A stretch of DNA of 64,000 bases, from contig OZ037770.1 of the NCBI GenBank assembly GCA_964035545.1, positions 7,570,973 to 7,634,972 on the forward strand, written 5' to 3'. The stretch comes from Bugula neritina. Taxonomy: Eukaryota; Animalia; Bryozoa. The translations under genes were made by a program, and so were the position numbers. The notes beneath the pieces are model-generated. The model was not told where the DNA came from. It searched no databases and worked only from the letters and a program-made list of their open reading frames with translations. Shown here piece by piece: positions 32,740-46,545 of this stretch; position 1 is the first letter of the stretch, and every line of letters starts with the position of its first letter.

Positions 32740-34095
32740 GAAATATGTACTATCATACTGTATGGTAACAGCTGGAAGTATATATAATATCCTACTGTAT
32801 AGCAACAGCTAAAAGTATATATAATATCATACTGTATAGCAACAGCTAGAAGTATATATAATATCATACTGTATGGTAACAGCTAGAAGTATATATACTA
32901 TCATACTGTATAGCAACAGCTAGAAGTATATATACTATCATACTGTATAGTAACAGCTGGAAGTATATATACTATCATACTGTATAGCAACAGCTAGAAG
33001 TATATATACTATCATACTGTATAACAACAGCTAGAAGTATATATACTATCATACTGTATAGCAACAGCTAGAAGTATATATACTATCATACTGTATAGTA
33101 ACAGCTGGAAGTATATATACTATCATACTGTATAGTAACAGCTGGAAGTATATATACTATTATACTGTATAACAACAGCTAGAAGTATATATACTATCAT
33201 ACTGTATAACAACAGCTAGAAGTATATATACTATCATACTGTATAGTAACAGCTGGAAGTATATATACTATTATACTGTATAACAACAGCTAGAAGTATA
33301 TATACTATCCTACTGTATAGCAACAGCTAAAAGTATATATAATATCATACTGTATAGCAACAGCTAGAAGTATATATAATATCATACTGTATGGTAACAG
33401 ATAGAAGTATATATACTATCATACTGTATAGCAACAGCTAGAAGTATATATACTATCATACTGTATAGCAACAGCTAGAAGTATATATACTATCATACTG
33501 TATGGTAACAGCTAGAAGTATATATACTATCATACTGTATGGTAACAGCTAGAAGTATATATACTATCATACTGTATGGTAACAGCTAGAAGTATATGTA
33601 CTATCATACTGTATGGTAACAGCTAGAAGTATATATACTATCATACTGTATGGTAACAGCTAGAAGTATATATACTATCATACTGTATGGTAACAGCTAG
33701 AAGTATATATACTATCATACTGTATGGTAACAGCTAGAAGTATATATACTATCATACTGTATGGTAACAGCTAGAAGTATATATACTATCATACTGTATA
33801 GTAACAGCTGGAAGTATATATACTATCATACTGTATAGCAACAGCTAGAAGTATATATACTATCATACTGTATAGCAACAGCTAGAAGTATATATACTAT
33901 CATACTGTATAGTAACAGCTGGAAGTATATATACTATCATACTGTATAGCAACAGCTAGAAGTATATATACTATCATACTGTATAACAACAGCTAGAAGT
34001 ATATATACTATTATACTGTATAACAACAGCTAGAAGTATATATACTATTATACTGTATAACAACAGCTTGAAGTATATAATATCATATTGTATAT
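32740..34095. repeat. Minisatellite, 37-bp unit, ~36 copies
   Basis: Unit tactatcatactgtat(agc/ggt/agt/aac)aacagct(a/g)gaagtatata. Confidence 0.97.
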
Positions 34096-35236
34096 ACATG
34101 TAAATTGTTATGCCTTCTAGTGTTCTAGTAGCAAATCTATATCACTATCCACCTGTTACTCAGGAGGTACCAGCTGGATCCACCTGTTACTCAGCAGACA
34201 TCTTGCCCTCTCTAATTTCAGGTGACAATGTCAATACTTACAGAAAACTAGAAAATCTAAACTACTCAATGAATGGCCAATAATGTTCAACTTGTTCGAG
34301 AATCCTTGAAAAGGTCTTACTACATCCTGAGAGGGCATGTGTAACTACACAGGCATGCAGCCAAGTCACACAGGGAGGGGAGTAAGTGGGTGCAGAGTAA
34401 ATACTACGAATGTTACTTAATTAAACATTAATTTATTACATAGTCTAAGAGTTGTCTAAGGACAAATAGGGTTTAGAACCTTGACAGGTTGACATTTCCA
34501 AAGATAAATATGACACTAGCAATGCTGATGGGTGGGTTGGACAAGTCATGAAACTTGTACGGTAATGTAGAATTAAAACTGTAAATTTATATGAGCTATG
34601 AGATCAGGTAGCGACCTGATAGAAACTTAGCTGGATGACCTTTAAGTTTGAAATGATAAATCTGAAATATGCCTCATGAAGGTGCACCAGTTCTTTGCTT
34701 AGCTATGAACACTAGTCAGCTTCAACTATTTCACCCAGATCATCTGTAATTGTCAACTCTAGCAAACTGTAATCCAATAAGTTAGACTATCCGATATAGA
34801 AGAGGCTCTGCTAGACCCACGGAAACCTGCCTGCCTAAAAGTTATCTTTTGAAGTAATCTGATAAGCTGCAGTAAATAGCTCATTAAACTACACCAATTA
34901 CTAGAGTACTAGCAGTAAAACACCTAATCACTTTCTTTCTTCAATAAAAAATTAAATCTGATAAATCTGATAAAAAAGGAACAGAAAGCCAGTAATCTTA
35001 CTTGGTATATTCCACAGACAACTTGATGGAACTAAATAAGATGAAAGGCAATGTTAGCATAAGTTTCATGTAGTCTATTATGTGGTACGAAGGCACTCCA
35101 CCCATTTGACTTTTGTCAAAAACTCAACCCCATATATGGCTTTACTATATTTAACTTAGCTACTGCAGCTATAAAACGTAAAAATTGTCTTCTATATTAT
35201 ACGAGTATTACTATCAATCAGCAAATATATAATGGG

Positions 35237-35922
35237 GCTGCCACACTACAGGGGAAACGCCACTGTGAACGCGTTTTCGAGGCTAAGCATTGACCTCTGT
35301 GACGTCACAACTGTCTGATTTCTGAATGCAACTGTCAGTTTTTCGCGATGCGATGAAAGTTTGACATGTCATCGCTGAAGTTGAGCGATCAGCCAATCAC
35401 TGACTGGCCAGGTAAACCCTGATTGGTTAAGTGCTTTAACTTTTTCCACGTGCTACTAGCGAGCATTATTATTTGATTTGGTTCTTCGAAAATTATATTA
35501 TTTTACTTTTAAAATAATTATGATGAAGTTATGTATGAAAGTTTCAATAAATCATGAAAATAAGTATTCATTAGATAAATTTTGCTGAATTTTATCTGCA
35601 TATTTAGTTTTTCTAATTTGATTGAATTTTATTAGGGCAGTTAGTTCTTTAGGCTAGTGAATGAGCTTGAATAAAGCTAGGTAATCTCATTAAATAAAGC
35701 TAGTAATTTCGAATAATTTAAGCTAGTCAATTAGAATAACAATAGCTAGTAAATCTTATTAAATTATGCTAGTAAATCTCAAAAAATTGCGATAAATTTG
35801 ATTGCTGGTTACTGTGGATACTGCAAAAACTGAGATATGGCATTCCTATTGGTTTAAAGGTTTACTGCGAGACTAGAGACAGTTAGCTTTCATCGTTCGT
35901 AGTGAACTGTAGTGTGACCAGC
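35237..35922. mobile_element. Putative non-autonomous TIR element (PIF/Harbinger-like ends)
   Basis: gctgccacactaca (35237-50) versus tgtagtgtgaccagc (35908-22); CpG-richer subterminal regions with ccaatc/gattgg around an AT-rich middle. No TSD recognised. Confidence 0.45.
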
Positions 35923-38900
35923 AAAAAGTAGGACGTGACGTTGAAGGTATGTGCGAGCAGCTCTAAAATGGCCCATAAGGGCGTATTCTACAACGTATAG
36001 ATTAAGGTATACTATAAGCGTCATGCTGCATTTAGAAGAGCACTTTATTATAATAAAGAATCTATTTAGTGTTTGGTCATTTACTAGTCTCTATTTTAAA
36101 TCTTTAAGGTCTGTTAAAATGTGCCAACAAAGACACTACTGAGTGCATGATACATATTACCCAACAACTGATGAGCTACTACAACTATAAACACTGAACT
36201 GCTAACGGTATTTTCTAGAAAAAGTTCTGATCGTTAAAATTCTACGATAACTTGGAAGGAGTGTAGTTTCTGCTGCATGTTTTTCATTAGATATATGAAG
36301 TAGTTTAAAAATGTTTCTTGACTAAGGAAAAACGCCAAAACTTGGATAAATAAGAATTTATACCGATTCACTTGCACAAATTACTTTAATAGCAAGGAGT
36401 TGCCTTTCAAAATATGGTAATGAGAAGTTATGCAGTTGTTAAATATCAATTAGGTTATTAGAACAAACCACAGCCTAATTACTAGTTACATACTCTTCAA
36501 ACCTAATTCCATTCAGAAAATAGTTTCTTGAAAACTTTTAAAGCATTTTAAAAACATCTGATAAAACCTAGAACCCCACAAAAATGATGAAATAAACAAC
36601 AAATCGGGCCCTCAAGTAATACCAGCTCTACCATTATGAGAAACATATAATAATATTTCTATTCTTTTGAGCAGCTGAGGTTCCCCAAGTTGACAGCAAC
36701 CAAATAATTTTAAACAAGAATAAAAATACTTGATTTTGTACTTGCAAATAGCCCAGGCAAAAATTTTGCTATTAATAATGATCGTTATGATTGAACTATT
36801 ACATAATTAACATTCCATGAATAAGACATGATTAGCAAAGATAATAATGTTGATGAGTAATTGAAAACACTGTTAAAACGGTGATGATGAAGCTAGTAAT
36901 CACATTAAATCAAATGACAATAGCCAAAATAATGATTGATAACTATGAAAAAGTTATGATAAAATTGATAAAAATAAAAATTGATGAGTTAATAAAACTG
37001 GTGCCAATCATAATGGTAATGAAAGTAGCTATGAGTAAGTTTTATGTCTATCATTATGTAACTCATTCTACTATCTGGTTATTGCTGCTTTCTGTACATG
37101 AAGCTTCATCAATATGCTGTACCTGATTCACTGCAGTGTAGTCAGTGATGTGCTGAGAAGTTACAGTAAAGAGGTAGTCTACTAACATCACAAACTATGA
37201 TTGTTCACATGATGTTAATGAAATGATGCTGAGTACAATGAATTGTAAAAGTAAGAACAACAATGAGGGAGAAATGACTAATATTGATATAAATTGTATT
37301 TTCAGTTGATTTTGAACTAATTTATTAAGTCATGAAATAGTACCATAAAATGAATATCTTACAACAGCATGTGACTTGAATGGTGCAGAGATCTACAGTA
37401 ATGATTGCAACTGAATGGTCCAAATGACTTCTAACAGCTCTTGGGTCATAGCAAACTTAAAACTATTCACTGTGGCAGCAAATAGTTTCTAGCTCTGGAT
37501 TAGTAAATAATGAAACTTACAAAACACAGGCACTTTAAATTACAAGTTTAAAACTGAGCAAACTTAAACTATAGATGATTATAAGAAACTTACTACTAAA
37601 ATCTTTACCAAGTGGGAATATCCTAATCACAGCGAAATCCTCAGCATTAAGTGGTGAAAGGCTAGTGAATGCTACATAAAACACCCTGAGTTTCAGCACA
37701 GCACTTGGTTATATATAATAATGTAGACAAGATCAATTTGGAGAATAGCCAATTAGCAAAAGCTACAATAAATCTGCCCAATGAGATAAAAGGTGAACTT
37801 AACCCCTAAAAAATATTCAGATACCTTCATTAATAGGTTTACTAGAAAATGAAAGTAATATAACAGTGGACAATGTTGTTAGCATCAAGTTATTGTTTAT
37901 TTACCATATAAAGTGATGCACCACATAAAAACTGCTTAGTCAGATCTTAGCCCGAGACTTAATCTAGAAGAGAGGGTATAATATAAAGGGAGTTGCTCTA
38001 TAGTCCACACTAACCACTATTTCACAAGCATGAAATCGAAAGTTAGCAAAAGGTATACATATCAAAATATTATATAAGAGTTTTTTGTGGAAACCAAACA
38101 GTAAATATAACGCTATCCAGTTTATAAACTTGTGCACAGTGAAAATTATGTAACAAGAATGTTAAATAAATACTAAAAAAACTGACAATTATTTTCAATG
38201 CATAGTGCCATTTATCTAAAATAAGAACCGCCAGTCATATTTGTAACGCATACCTCAAACTCAACTGGACTTTTTGCACAAATGTCTATATAAAGGGTGT
38301 TGAAAAATCAGGAGTAAACAACTACCTAATTTGCATTGTTTCGATTACCTGAAGTCTAAAACCAATTTTCTAACTCAGTGTATCTGTACAGACAAGGCCT
38401 CAACCCCCAGCTCCTATAGCTATTAGCTCATTCAATAATATCTTAGTGCATCATTAGTAACACTGCACTAAATATCTCTGAAAACTACAGCAGATAATTC
38501 TTTAAAGGCACAAACAAAAATATTATGGCTGAAAAAGCAGCAATTTTATTGAAAAGAAGAGAAAGATCTATATTTTCTAAATAGTTGTCAGATATAATAA
38601 ATCAATGCATATTGTGAAAATCTTCAACAAAGTTTTCAGCCATGAGTGAGCACCATGAGTTTTTGCATTCACAATATGTAATCATTTGGTGCAGGTGAGA
38701 CCATTCTATCCATTTCAGCTATTCACCAAACAAATTGCAGCAGCCAAAAAATTGCAGCAGCCAACAAAGCCAACATACTAGGTTTGCATTGTTAAGGTCT
38801 GTTTTAGCTTTATGCAAGCAACTTCTACCTTATTTGATTTCCCTGTGGTGAGCTGTGTGTTTTACCAAAACTAAAAGGAGCTGGTCTTGCCAAGTAACTT

Positions 38901-41900
38901 CAAAATTTCCTAAATTAAGGTGTAGATAAATAGAAACCACAATGATTGATAAGCGTATAGTGACTTATTACAACCATGTACACCAACACTGCACATTTGT
39001 GGCCTCCAATTGCACTTGTACTACTCATTGTTTACCAGTGAAATGAGTGCATATTGATAGCTTTGCAGTTCAAATTCATTTTTACTAAATGCCTGACTGG
39101 CTTTTGCCTATTTTCATATAAAATCCATTGCCAAGATGGGATTAAATAACATTTCAAATAATTGCAGGAAAGGAATTTTAATCTACTATGATAAATGTTT
39201 GCTACATTTGAGCAACTTATCTAGTATTACGTGATACTGAGCATAGAGACATTCCACAGATTCAAGGAGAGACTGAGTGATCCACCTCAATGTTTTGACC
39301 AAAAACAAGAAATACTATAGTGGATACAGCCATCTCAATGAAATTGACATTAAACCTAACAAGTGCAGTAGGCTGGATAGTTACTATTATTCTTTACACT
39401 AATAATTGCAATTAATAGTTTATCAAAGTACTTGCCCTATCAAGACTTTTAGAAAATAAAATTTTTGACAGCACAGAACTTTAGGAAAATAACTTTTTCT
39501 AGTTGTTGAAAATTAAGACTAATTTATTAAAGTAAACCTATCATGGCTATTTATAGGAATGAGAGCAACGTATGTACATGTATAGTTAACCCAGAGCATA
39601 GAACTCTTTTATTTATCTATTTTATAGAATAGCAATTTCTCTAGCACACATGCAACTTTCACATGTCATGATAACAAAAAACTATAACCTTCTTATTACT
39701 AGAGAAACTAATGTCAATGTTAAACGAACAATGCAGCCAATGTTACCTTCAAGCTTCTTATTGAACATACAGCAGTCTTACAAATAAAGAAAGTTACAAA
39801 CTCAGATGTCCACTTGCTGGAAGTACTGTTTCGATAATGTAGAACTTTACTACACTACACTTTAAGAACTTCTGGAGTGACACACTTTTTATCCGAGTAT
39901 GCTTTTCATGCATTGAATCGAACCAACATATTTTCATGTATACTTTTTCAAGCTATCTCAAAATTGTAGAAAAACAAAAATTCTCGAAAATACACCAATA
40001 TATAATACAGTCAGTGCAAACGTTTGCCTTCCTACACAACGAAATTCATTTTTGATGAGCGCAATATATTTATACTATGCAACCTCAAAAAAACTCAAGC
40101 TTTTAGATGATATATTTGAGAGTGCTAGGTATCATATCTTTTTTGTGACTTCATACTTCAAGAAGTAATAGTTACATGATTATTTAAAGCCAACATCAAA
40201 TACAAAAAATCAGGCAAGAAATAAAAGCTATGTACTAGCTGACTGTTCCTCGTCTAGACACCTAGCAGCATGGCTAAGAATTCCAAAAGATGGTTAAACT
40301 CAGCATAATTAATTTCAGCCCACCAACTACTAAAGTAAAGCATCATATTACAAACTTATGAAACACCTCCCTAAGATAGAACTATTTTCAAGTTATCTTG
40401 ACTAAGCTAAATAACCACTCTTGGTTGAATACTCTGACTGGTGTTGATTAATTTAGGATAAAAAACAAATACTCAATATAAATACACTTTTACTAGCAAA
40501 TAGTTGATTGTGACATTGTGCAAAGTAATTTACTAAAATGTTAATGTTGGTGTTGTAGAGCCGTCAACGTGTTTGCCAGTAAAGAGAAGGAATAATGTAG
40601 CAACATAAAGCAGACATTTAGAAAAACATTTGAAAGACCGACCAGGGCTACTTCACACTTCAGATTTTAGCTATTTATGAAGGGGACTTAGTAGTTAGTA
40701 GGTTGCTTAAATTTTCTTAACCTTTGCATACTTCAGCCAAAATGTAAAATTTAATTTAGTTTTAGCACTAAATAAAGTGTCAAATTGCATTTGAGTTAAT
40801 AAAGAAAATAGTACAAATTAATTATTATTAAAAAAATATTGAACAAAAATTTAAAAGTGACAACATTTAAAATAAATTATAAGCAGTTGAACTTAAAGTA
40901 AGAAAATAAAATAATTTCTTGTGGTGGTAGGCTAACTATTTTAATTTAGACACTAATTATAGTCAAATACTTAAAAATAATTTTGTGATTGAAATCAAAA
41001 TGTTTCTGTTGTTAAGTTGTCAATAACCTCTGGTCTAATACTACTAATACTAATAGTAAATCACTAACTGAAAAGGCTGAGAAATAGATGTATCCCTCAG
41101 GTCCAGTTTATATTCAATATGTTTATTTAGTATTACACTAAATGAAAATTACTGCATTAATGTTATTAAAACTTTGTTATTATGTCTTTGTCTTTCCTCA
41201 TCTCATCTTCATTTTAGTTCAGACTGTATAAGTATTGAGTTGATACCTAGTAGTAGTTTATTATTTTATTTAGAGTAAAAACTAAATATTCTATTGAAAT
41301 AACTGTTTATTACCAAAGGGCAAAGGTGAAGGGCAAAACTAAAAGAGTAAAAGTAAAATGATAACATGGTCATAGTGATAAGTCAATGTTTATCAAACAA
41401 AAAGGTAGTAATAGTAATACACTAATAGTAATACTAATAGTCTAATACCAATAGTAATACTTATAGTTATAGTTATTAAAAACTATATTGCTCTTTCAGT
41501 TACTCGTAGATTAGAAAGCTTTCACTCAGCTTTCACCAAAGCTTTCACTCAGACCGAGAAGAAACACAAAGACTAAGACTAAGAGTAACTACTACTAGCT
41601 TAAACTAAGCGACTTACTCGTAGAAATGGAGTTTAGAAGTATGACATTGACTGGCACTGGATCTAACATCGTCACTACTCACAGTCAATGACTATGAACA
41701 TAATTATCATGAACTCATGATGATAGCAATAACATAAGATTAAATAAAATTAAATGACAGTTAGAGTTATACTTACTGTTAGTGTTAAACTTGAAGTTAA
41801 TGTTGCACTTGCTGATCTACTTCTACTAGAAGTTCTAGTTTTACACTAAAGTGACTAACGTAAACACGTAACGTAAATACTGATACTGTGTTTGCAACCA

Positions 41901-42239
41901 AAACTAATCATTGGTTTTGCGCAACTTTTCAGCTGAAAAAAATCTTTGAAAAATGATCTGTATTTTACTTTTCAAAATATAATCATAAATCATAATAATG
42001 TTTTAATAATTAATGGAGTTACTTAGCAATCTGTCGCCTTGTGTTAGTCCTCTGTAGGCAAGGTGAGAAGATAAGACTGCAGGTTCTGGTTGTTCCGAGG
42101 CTAATAGTGAAAAGTTGAAACGATAATCACTTTTTGGACTATAATTTTTTATTGGACGGAGCCATGCGGTGAGCAATAAAAACTTGGCGGTACGAGGGCT
42201 GGAGTTGTTGTACCTGGCATAACAACTCCAAAAACAGTA

Positions 42240-45200
42240 TAGTCTAGAAGTAACCTCTCAAAAAGTGCTCAAAAAATGGGCTTATTACACTTTACAAGGT
42301 GGCCACTCAGAAAAAGTTGTTTCTAAATTCAGAATTTTGTTCTGATTCTGAATCTACAAATTCTAGAATTCTATCTTTACCCAAACTCAAGTTATTGCAA
42401 AAAACAAATCGACATTTTGGATGGGTCGTCATAAAAAGACATGTGGATTGTGCAAAATAGTATCCAATCTTACCAAGCTATCTTGAAGAAAAAATATTTG
42501 CTGAAATGCCAAAAATAATTGTCTCTTGCTTAGAATTCTATGCTGATACTGAATTTAAAGACTGCAAGACGCTATCTCAAATTAAAACCAAGTTGTTTAT
42601 GTGAACATATATGTTTGTTATGAATATACAAAAATAAAAACAAAGTAATGCTGATGTGTGAAAAAATTATATTTATAAAATTATAGCACAAAATAAATGT
42701 TGAAATGAATAAATATTGAAATCTTTTGAACACAGCCCAGGTGAATCATTTGCTAGTCTGTCAGTAGCCGTTAAACATCTGCAAAAATCAACAAGATTCT
42801 GTAAAATGATTTAGAGAAACAGATCAAGCATGAGAGATGATCAAAATCAAATTGTTTGCAGCAAAATATATAATAAATGTCTAGAAATAGTGCTTTATTA
42901 TGAAAAAGTATTCTCGTCATCATTGTCACTGCCGTCAGTCTCATCAGCTTCATCTTCCCTAATATAGAGCTTTTTTCAGACAATCCTTACATTGACAAAC
43001 ATCAGTGCATGCACTGCATTTGAGACTTCTGACATCTACATCTTGCTATGTTGCAGCCGGTCTTATAGGAGCAGTTTAAACTTTGCAATATACATGTTCA
43101 GGTGCTGGAGCTTGAATCATTCACTTTATATTTATGCTGCCATGATTCTCAACAACCTACCCATGATGTTCTGGGGGTGGTGCATCAATATAGGCTGTTG
43201 TCACCCTTCTTCAAATGGCTGCCTGATATTTTGCTCTTTTTACGAGCAAATTTAATCCATCTTTTGTTAAAGGCAAACTGTATTCAATTATTTTAGACGG
43301 TGAACAAAATACAGTGTATCAGACATCGTCTGTATTTGAATTTCCTGCTCCATGAAGTTTACAGACAAATTGTTCTACTTCAGCCGCTGTAATGGCTGGT
43401 AGCTTGAAATACTTTCCGAGGTGTTCAAAGCTTCTCATACATTCTGGATATAATTTCTCAAAAGAGAGTAGGCTGTGCGCTATCTTTTTCCGTAAAAAGC
43501 ACTATAGTCGAATCACAACCTGTTGAAGCATGAAATCTAGTAAGTGCTGCACACAACTGCGGTCCGGATTTATGTTGACATCCAAATACCTAATATAATT
43601 ATGGTTTCTTCCCAGATAGACGCCATTTTTATTTTGTTACCATATATATTAATATTACCTATATAACTGTCGCATTGATTGCTAAATAGCTAATATGCTA
43701 ATAGCTATAAGCCTATAATAGCTAACATGAATAATCTAGAATAATATATTATTCTTACAAATTTGTGTGGGACAAAAAGTAGTAATACATTAAAAATAGA
43801 CACTATCTTTAATAAATACTTATTAACAAAATATATTTTCAAACAACATGCAAGATGTATAAAATATACAAAATTAATAAGTTAAAGCAGATCAAAGGAG
43901 TTTATTTATGTGCTAAATAACAAGCAATTGATCCAAGCTCATTTAAATATACATATATTTCAATAATATTAAAACATATTGCTCATAAAAATACATTTTA
44001 CCAAAATAAATAACTAGCGTTTAAGTAGGAAATTTAGCCTAGCCTCTATCTGGGGTGACACCATGATGCGAAAAAATATAATTGGCAAGAAGGTAATATT
44101 TTGCAAATATAGCGAGAATTAAGATAATAACATCAGTGTCTTGAGATTTGATTATTACACTTGGGCTTATGATGTTCATAAGATATTTTGCATGTAACAA
44201 AGTTTGTGCACCTGTTTCCTCGTGATCTAATTGTAAGCATTTGAGTTCTGTTTTTGTAGGAATTCCACCATGTTTGAATAATTCTAGCTGAATGCAATTT
44301 TTGTTTGGTATGCAATAGCTATAATAACAATATCGTTCTCTAAAGTGTTTTTACTCCATGTTTCACACAAAAACGCACCAGTCTCTAACGCAGCTTGTTC
44401 TATTTGCTAATAAGAAATTATTATTTTTGTGACAAATGACACACATGAAAAAAGTACTTGCCTATGATTTTTGAATAAGACAGCCTAAGATTATTTTTCT
44501 AATGGGTGGCTTAAATATAACCGTATATATTTGAAATTATAGGAAAGTTTTAGGGTATTTCTTCTGTAACTATAACTGAGCTAAATTGACTCTAGAGTCA
44601 TTATATTAAGATAGTGTAAAATATGCATTTTAACTAATAGCATTGTTTAAAAAACCAAATTGCTTACGCATATATAGTTCAGCTTAAATTTATTGGCAAA
44701 GCTCAATTGTAATCATTTAAAATATTATCTGCTCATGCTTCTCATTACTTTTTGCAAAAGTGGTTATTATAATAAAAATCATTATCAGACACAGATTTAC
44801 TTTTAATTTGGCTTTTTTATAGCTGATCAATATTAATGTTCGCTTTATAGCTAGAATACCAATTCCTTTGCTTGTTTTCGTCCATATATAGTCTACATTT
44901 TTTCAGATGTTTTCACAAAAAATCACTAGAGTAAACTCAGAGAAGTGAAAAACACATTTATGATCATCTGCAAAAGATTTTGCTTGTATATATAATAAAC
45001 TAGCTTCAATAATTTCAAGATTTAACAGATTTGGACAAAGTTGTGGGGAAACAACTCCTGTAAAAGTTTAAAGAGCTTTTGTAACTCACTAGGTGGACAC
45101 AACAATTTAGAGTTTTTATAACAAAAAAATGAGAAGAGTATCTAAAATTATCAGCAAAATTATTTTGCTTATATAAAATAAATGAGCTTTAATAATTCTA

Positions 45201-45403
45201 AGATATTTAACTGTTATGAGAAGACAACTCCTGATTCATTTTAAAAGTTTGAAGTGCTTTTATGGCTAACTGGGTGCACAGAATAGTCTAGAGTTTTCAC
45301 AGATTAATTAGGACTCTTAAAACTCTACATTTCTAAAAAAAATTGCGTGGCCACCTTTCGGTGTGTAGTGAGTAAAAGATAATTGGTGGTTACTTCTAGA
45401 CTA
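42240..45403 (-). mobile_element. Second Academ-type DNA transposon, internally deleted and decayed
   Basis: Perfect 16-bp TIR TAGTCTAGAAGTAACC / GGTTACTTCTAGACTA, subterminal aaggtggccac / gtggccacctt, TSD gta/gta (42237-39, 45404-06). Minus-strand remnants at ~42860-43620: LCAALTRFHASTGCDS (H3TH-like), LPLTKDGLNLLVKRAKYQAAI*..PPPEHHG*, and a Cys cluster CTDVCQCKDC. Subterminal repeats of ~175 bp at 44900-45300. Confidence 0.82.
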
Positions 45404-46545
45404 GTACTAATTTTCAACTTATGCACATATGCACATGCTATGATTACAAAAAGCACATGATTAGAAAGCACCAAGCTTAACTAGTCATAAAACATTACTT
45501 TTGAGTTCCAAGTAAGTATGAAATTCATTTCAATAGTTACAGTAACAATTGTTTTATAAATGGACTTCTTTCAACTTTAATACTGCTACCTAAGCTGTTT
45601 GTTCAGTTTGATACTTTTCTTCAGATCAAGATGTACATCACAAATGCCATAGAATAATTTGTGTCCCATTGACTAGTAAACAAATATATATATTTGTTTG
45701 TGCGTGTCTGTGATATATGTGTATATATATATATTCATATGCATGTGTGTGTGTGTGTGCTTGTGAATGTTTGTATATTATAATCCTATATATATACATG
45801 TAGTTATGCATACAGCTAAGGTGATGGAGTAATATCTAATAGCTATGTACCAAGAACATAGGCTAAGTAGATATACCCAATCAACTTAAGCCATTTACTC
45901 TACCTGCAACCAGACTGGTTGACTGAAAGAAGCTGCTATGCCTTGACTGGTTATATTCTATGGTAATTAGAGTTGGAAATAATCAAACCTAGTAAAGGAT
46001 GTACACAAATTTATTATATAACCGACTTGAATAAACCAAAAGGTAAAACTGTGAACATATTTTTACAAAAATTGCAAAATTAGTTCAGCATTATACTCGT
46101 ATTATAATATAACAAGTCAATTTCAATAAATGTTTAAAACGTTAAAAATAAATTGATAAAGTGCACTAATATTCACATTGTACAAACATTATGACAGGTG
46201 ACTAGCATGATAAAGACAAAGTTACTGATGGAGGTTATATATATATATGGCTATACATGGAATAAAATGTGAATATTGAATGATGGATTACAGAACAGTT
46301 TCAGTGATAAACTGATAACTAACAACTTATTTTATACAAGAAAAATAGATTTCTACTTTAGTGGTTTCATTCATGTGCACAGAGAGTTGTGTCCTCCTAT
46401 CTTTGCCCACAATGCATCATCATGACTTGCTGACAACACTCTTTATAACATGCTGATACAAATTATATTAGAGACAGTGTAAACCAGATATCATAACACT
46501 CAATATTGATTGGGTGCAGCATGCAGTACGTTGAGACCAATGGTT

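Noticed and set aside
30160-34095. Arrays of 27-37-bp repeats resembling CRISPR repeat lengths
   Set aside because: Units are head-to-tail with no unique spacers, there are no cas genes, and the context is eukaryotic.
36000-42200. Hidden gene in the long AT-rich interval
   Set aside because: Only short low-complexity ORFs; no recognisable domains or consistent exon chain.
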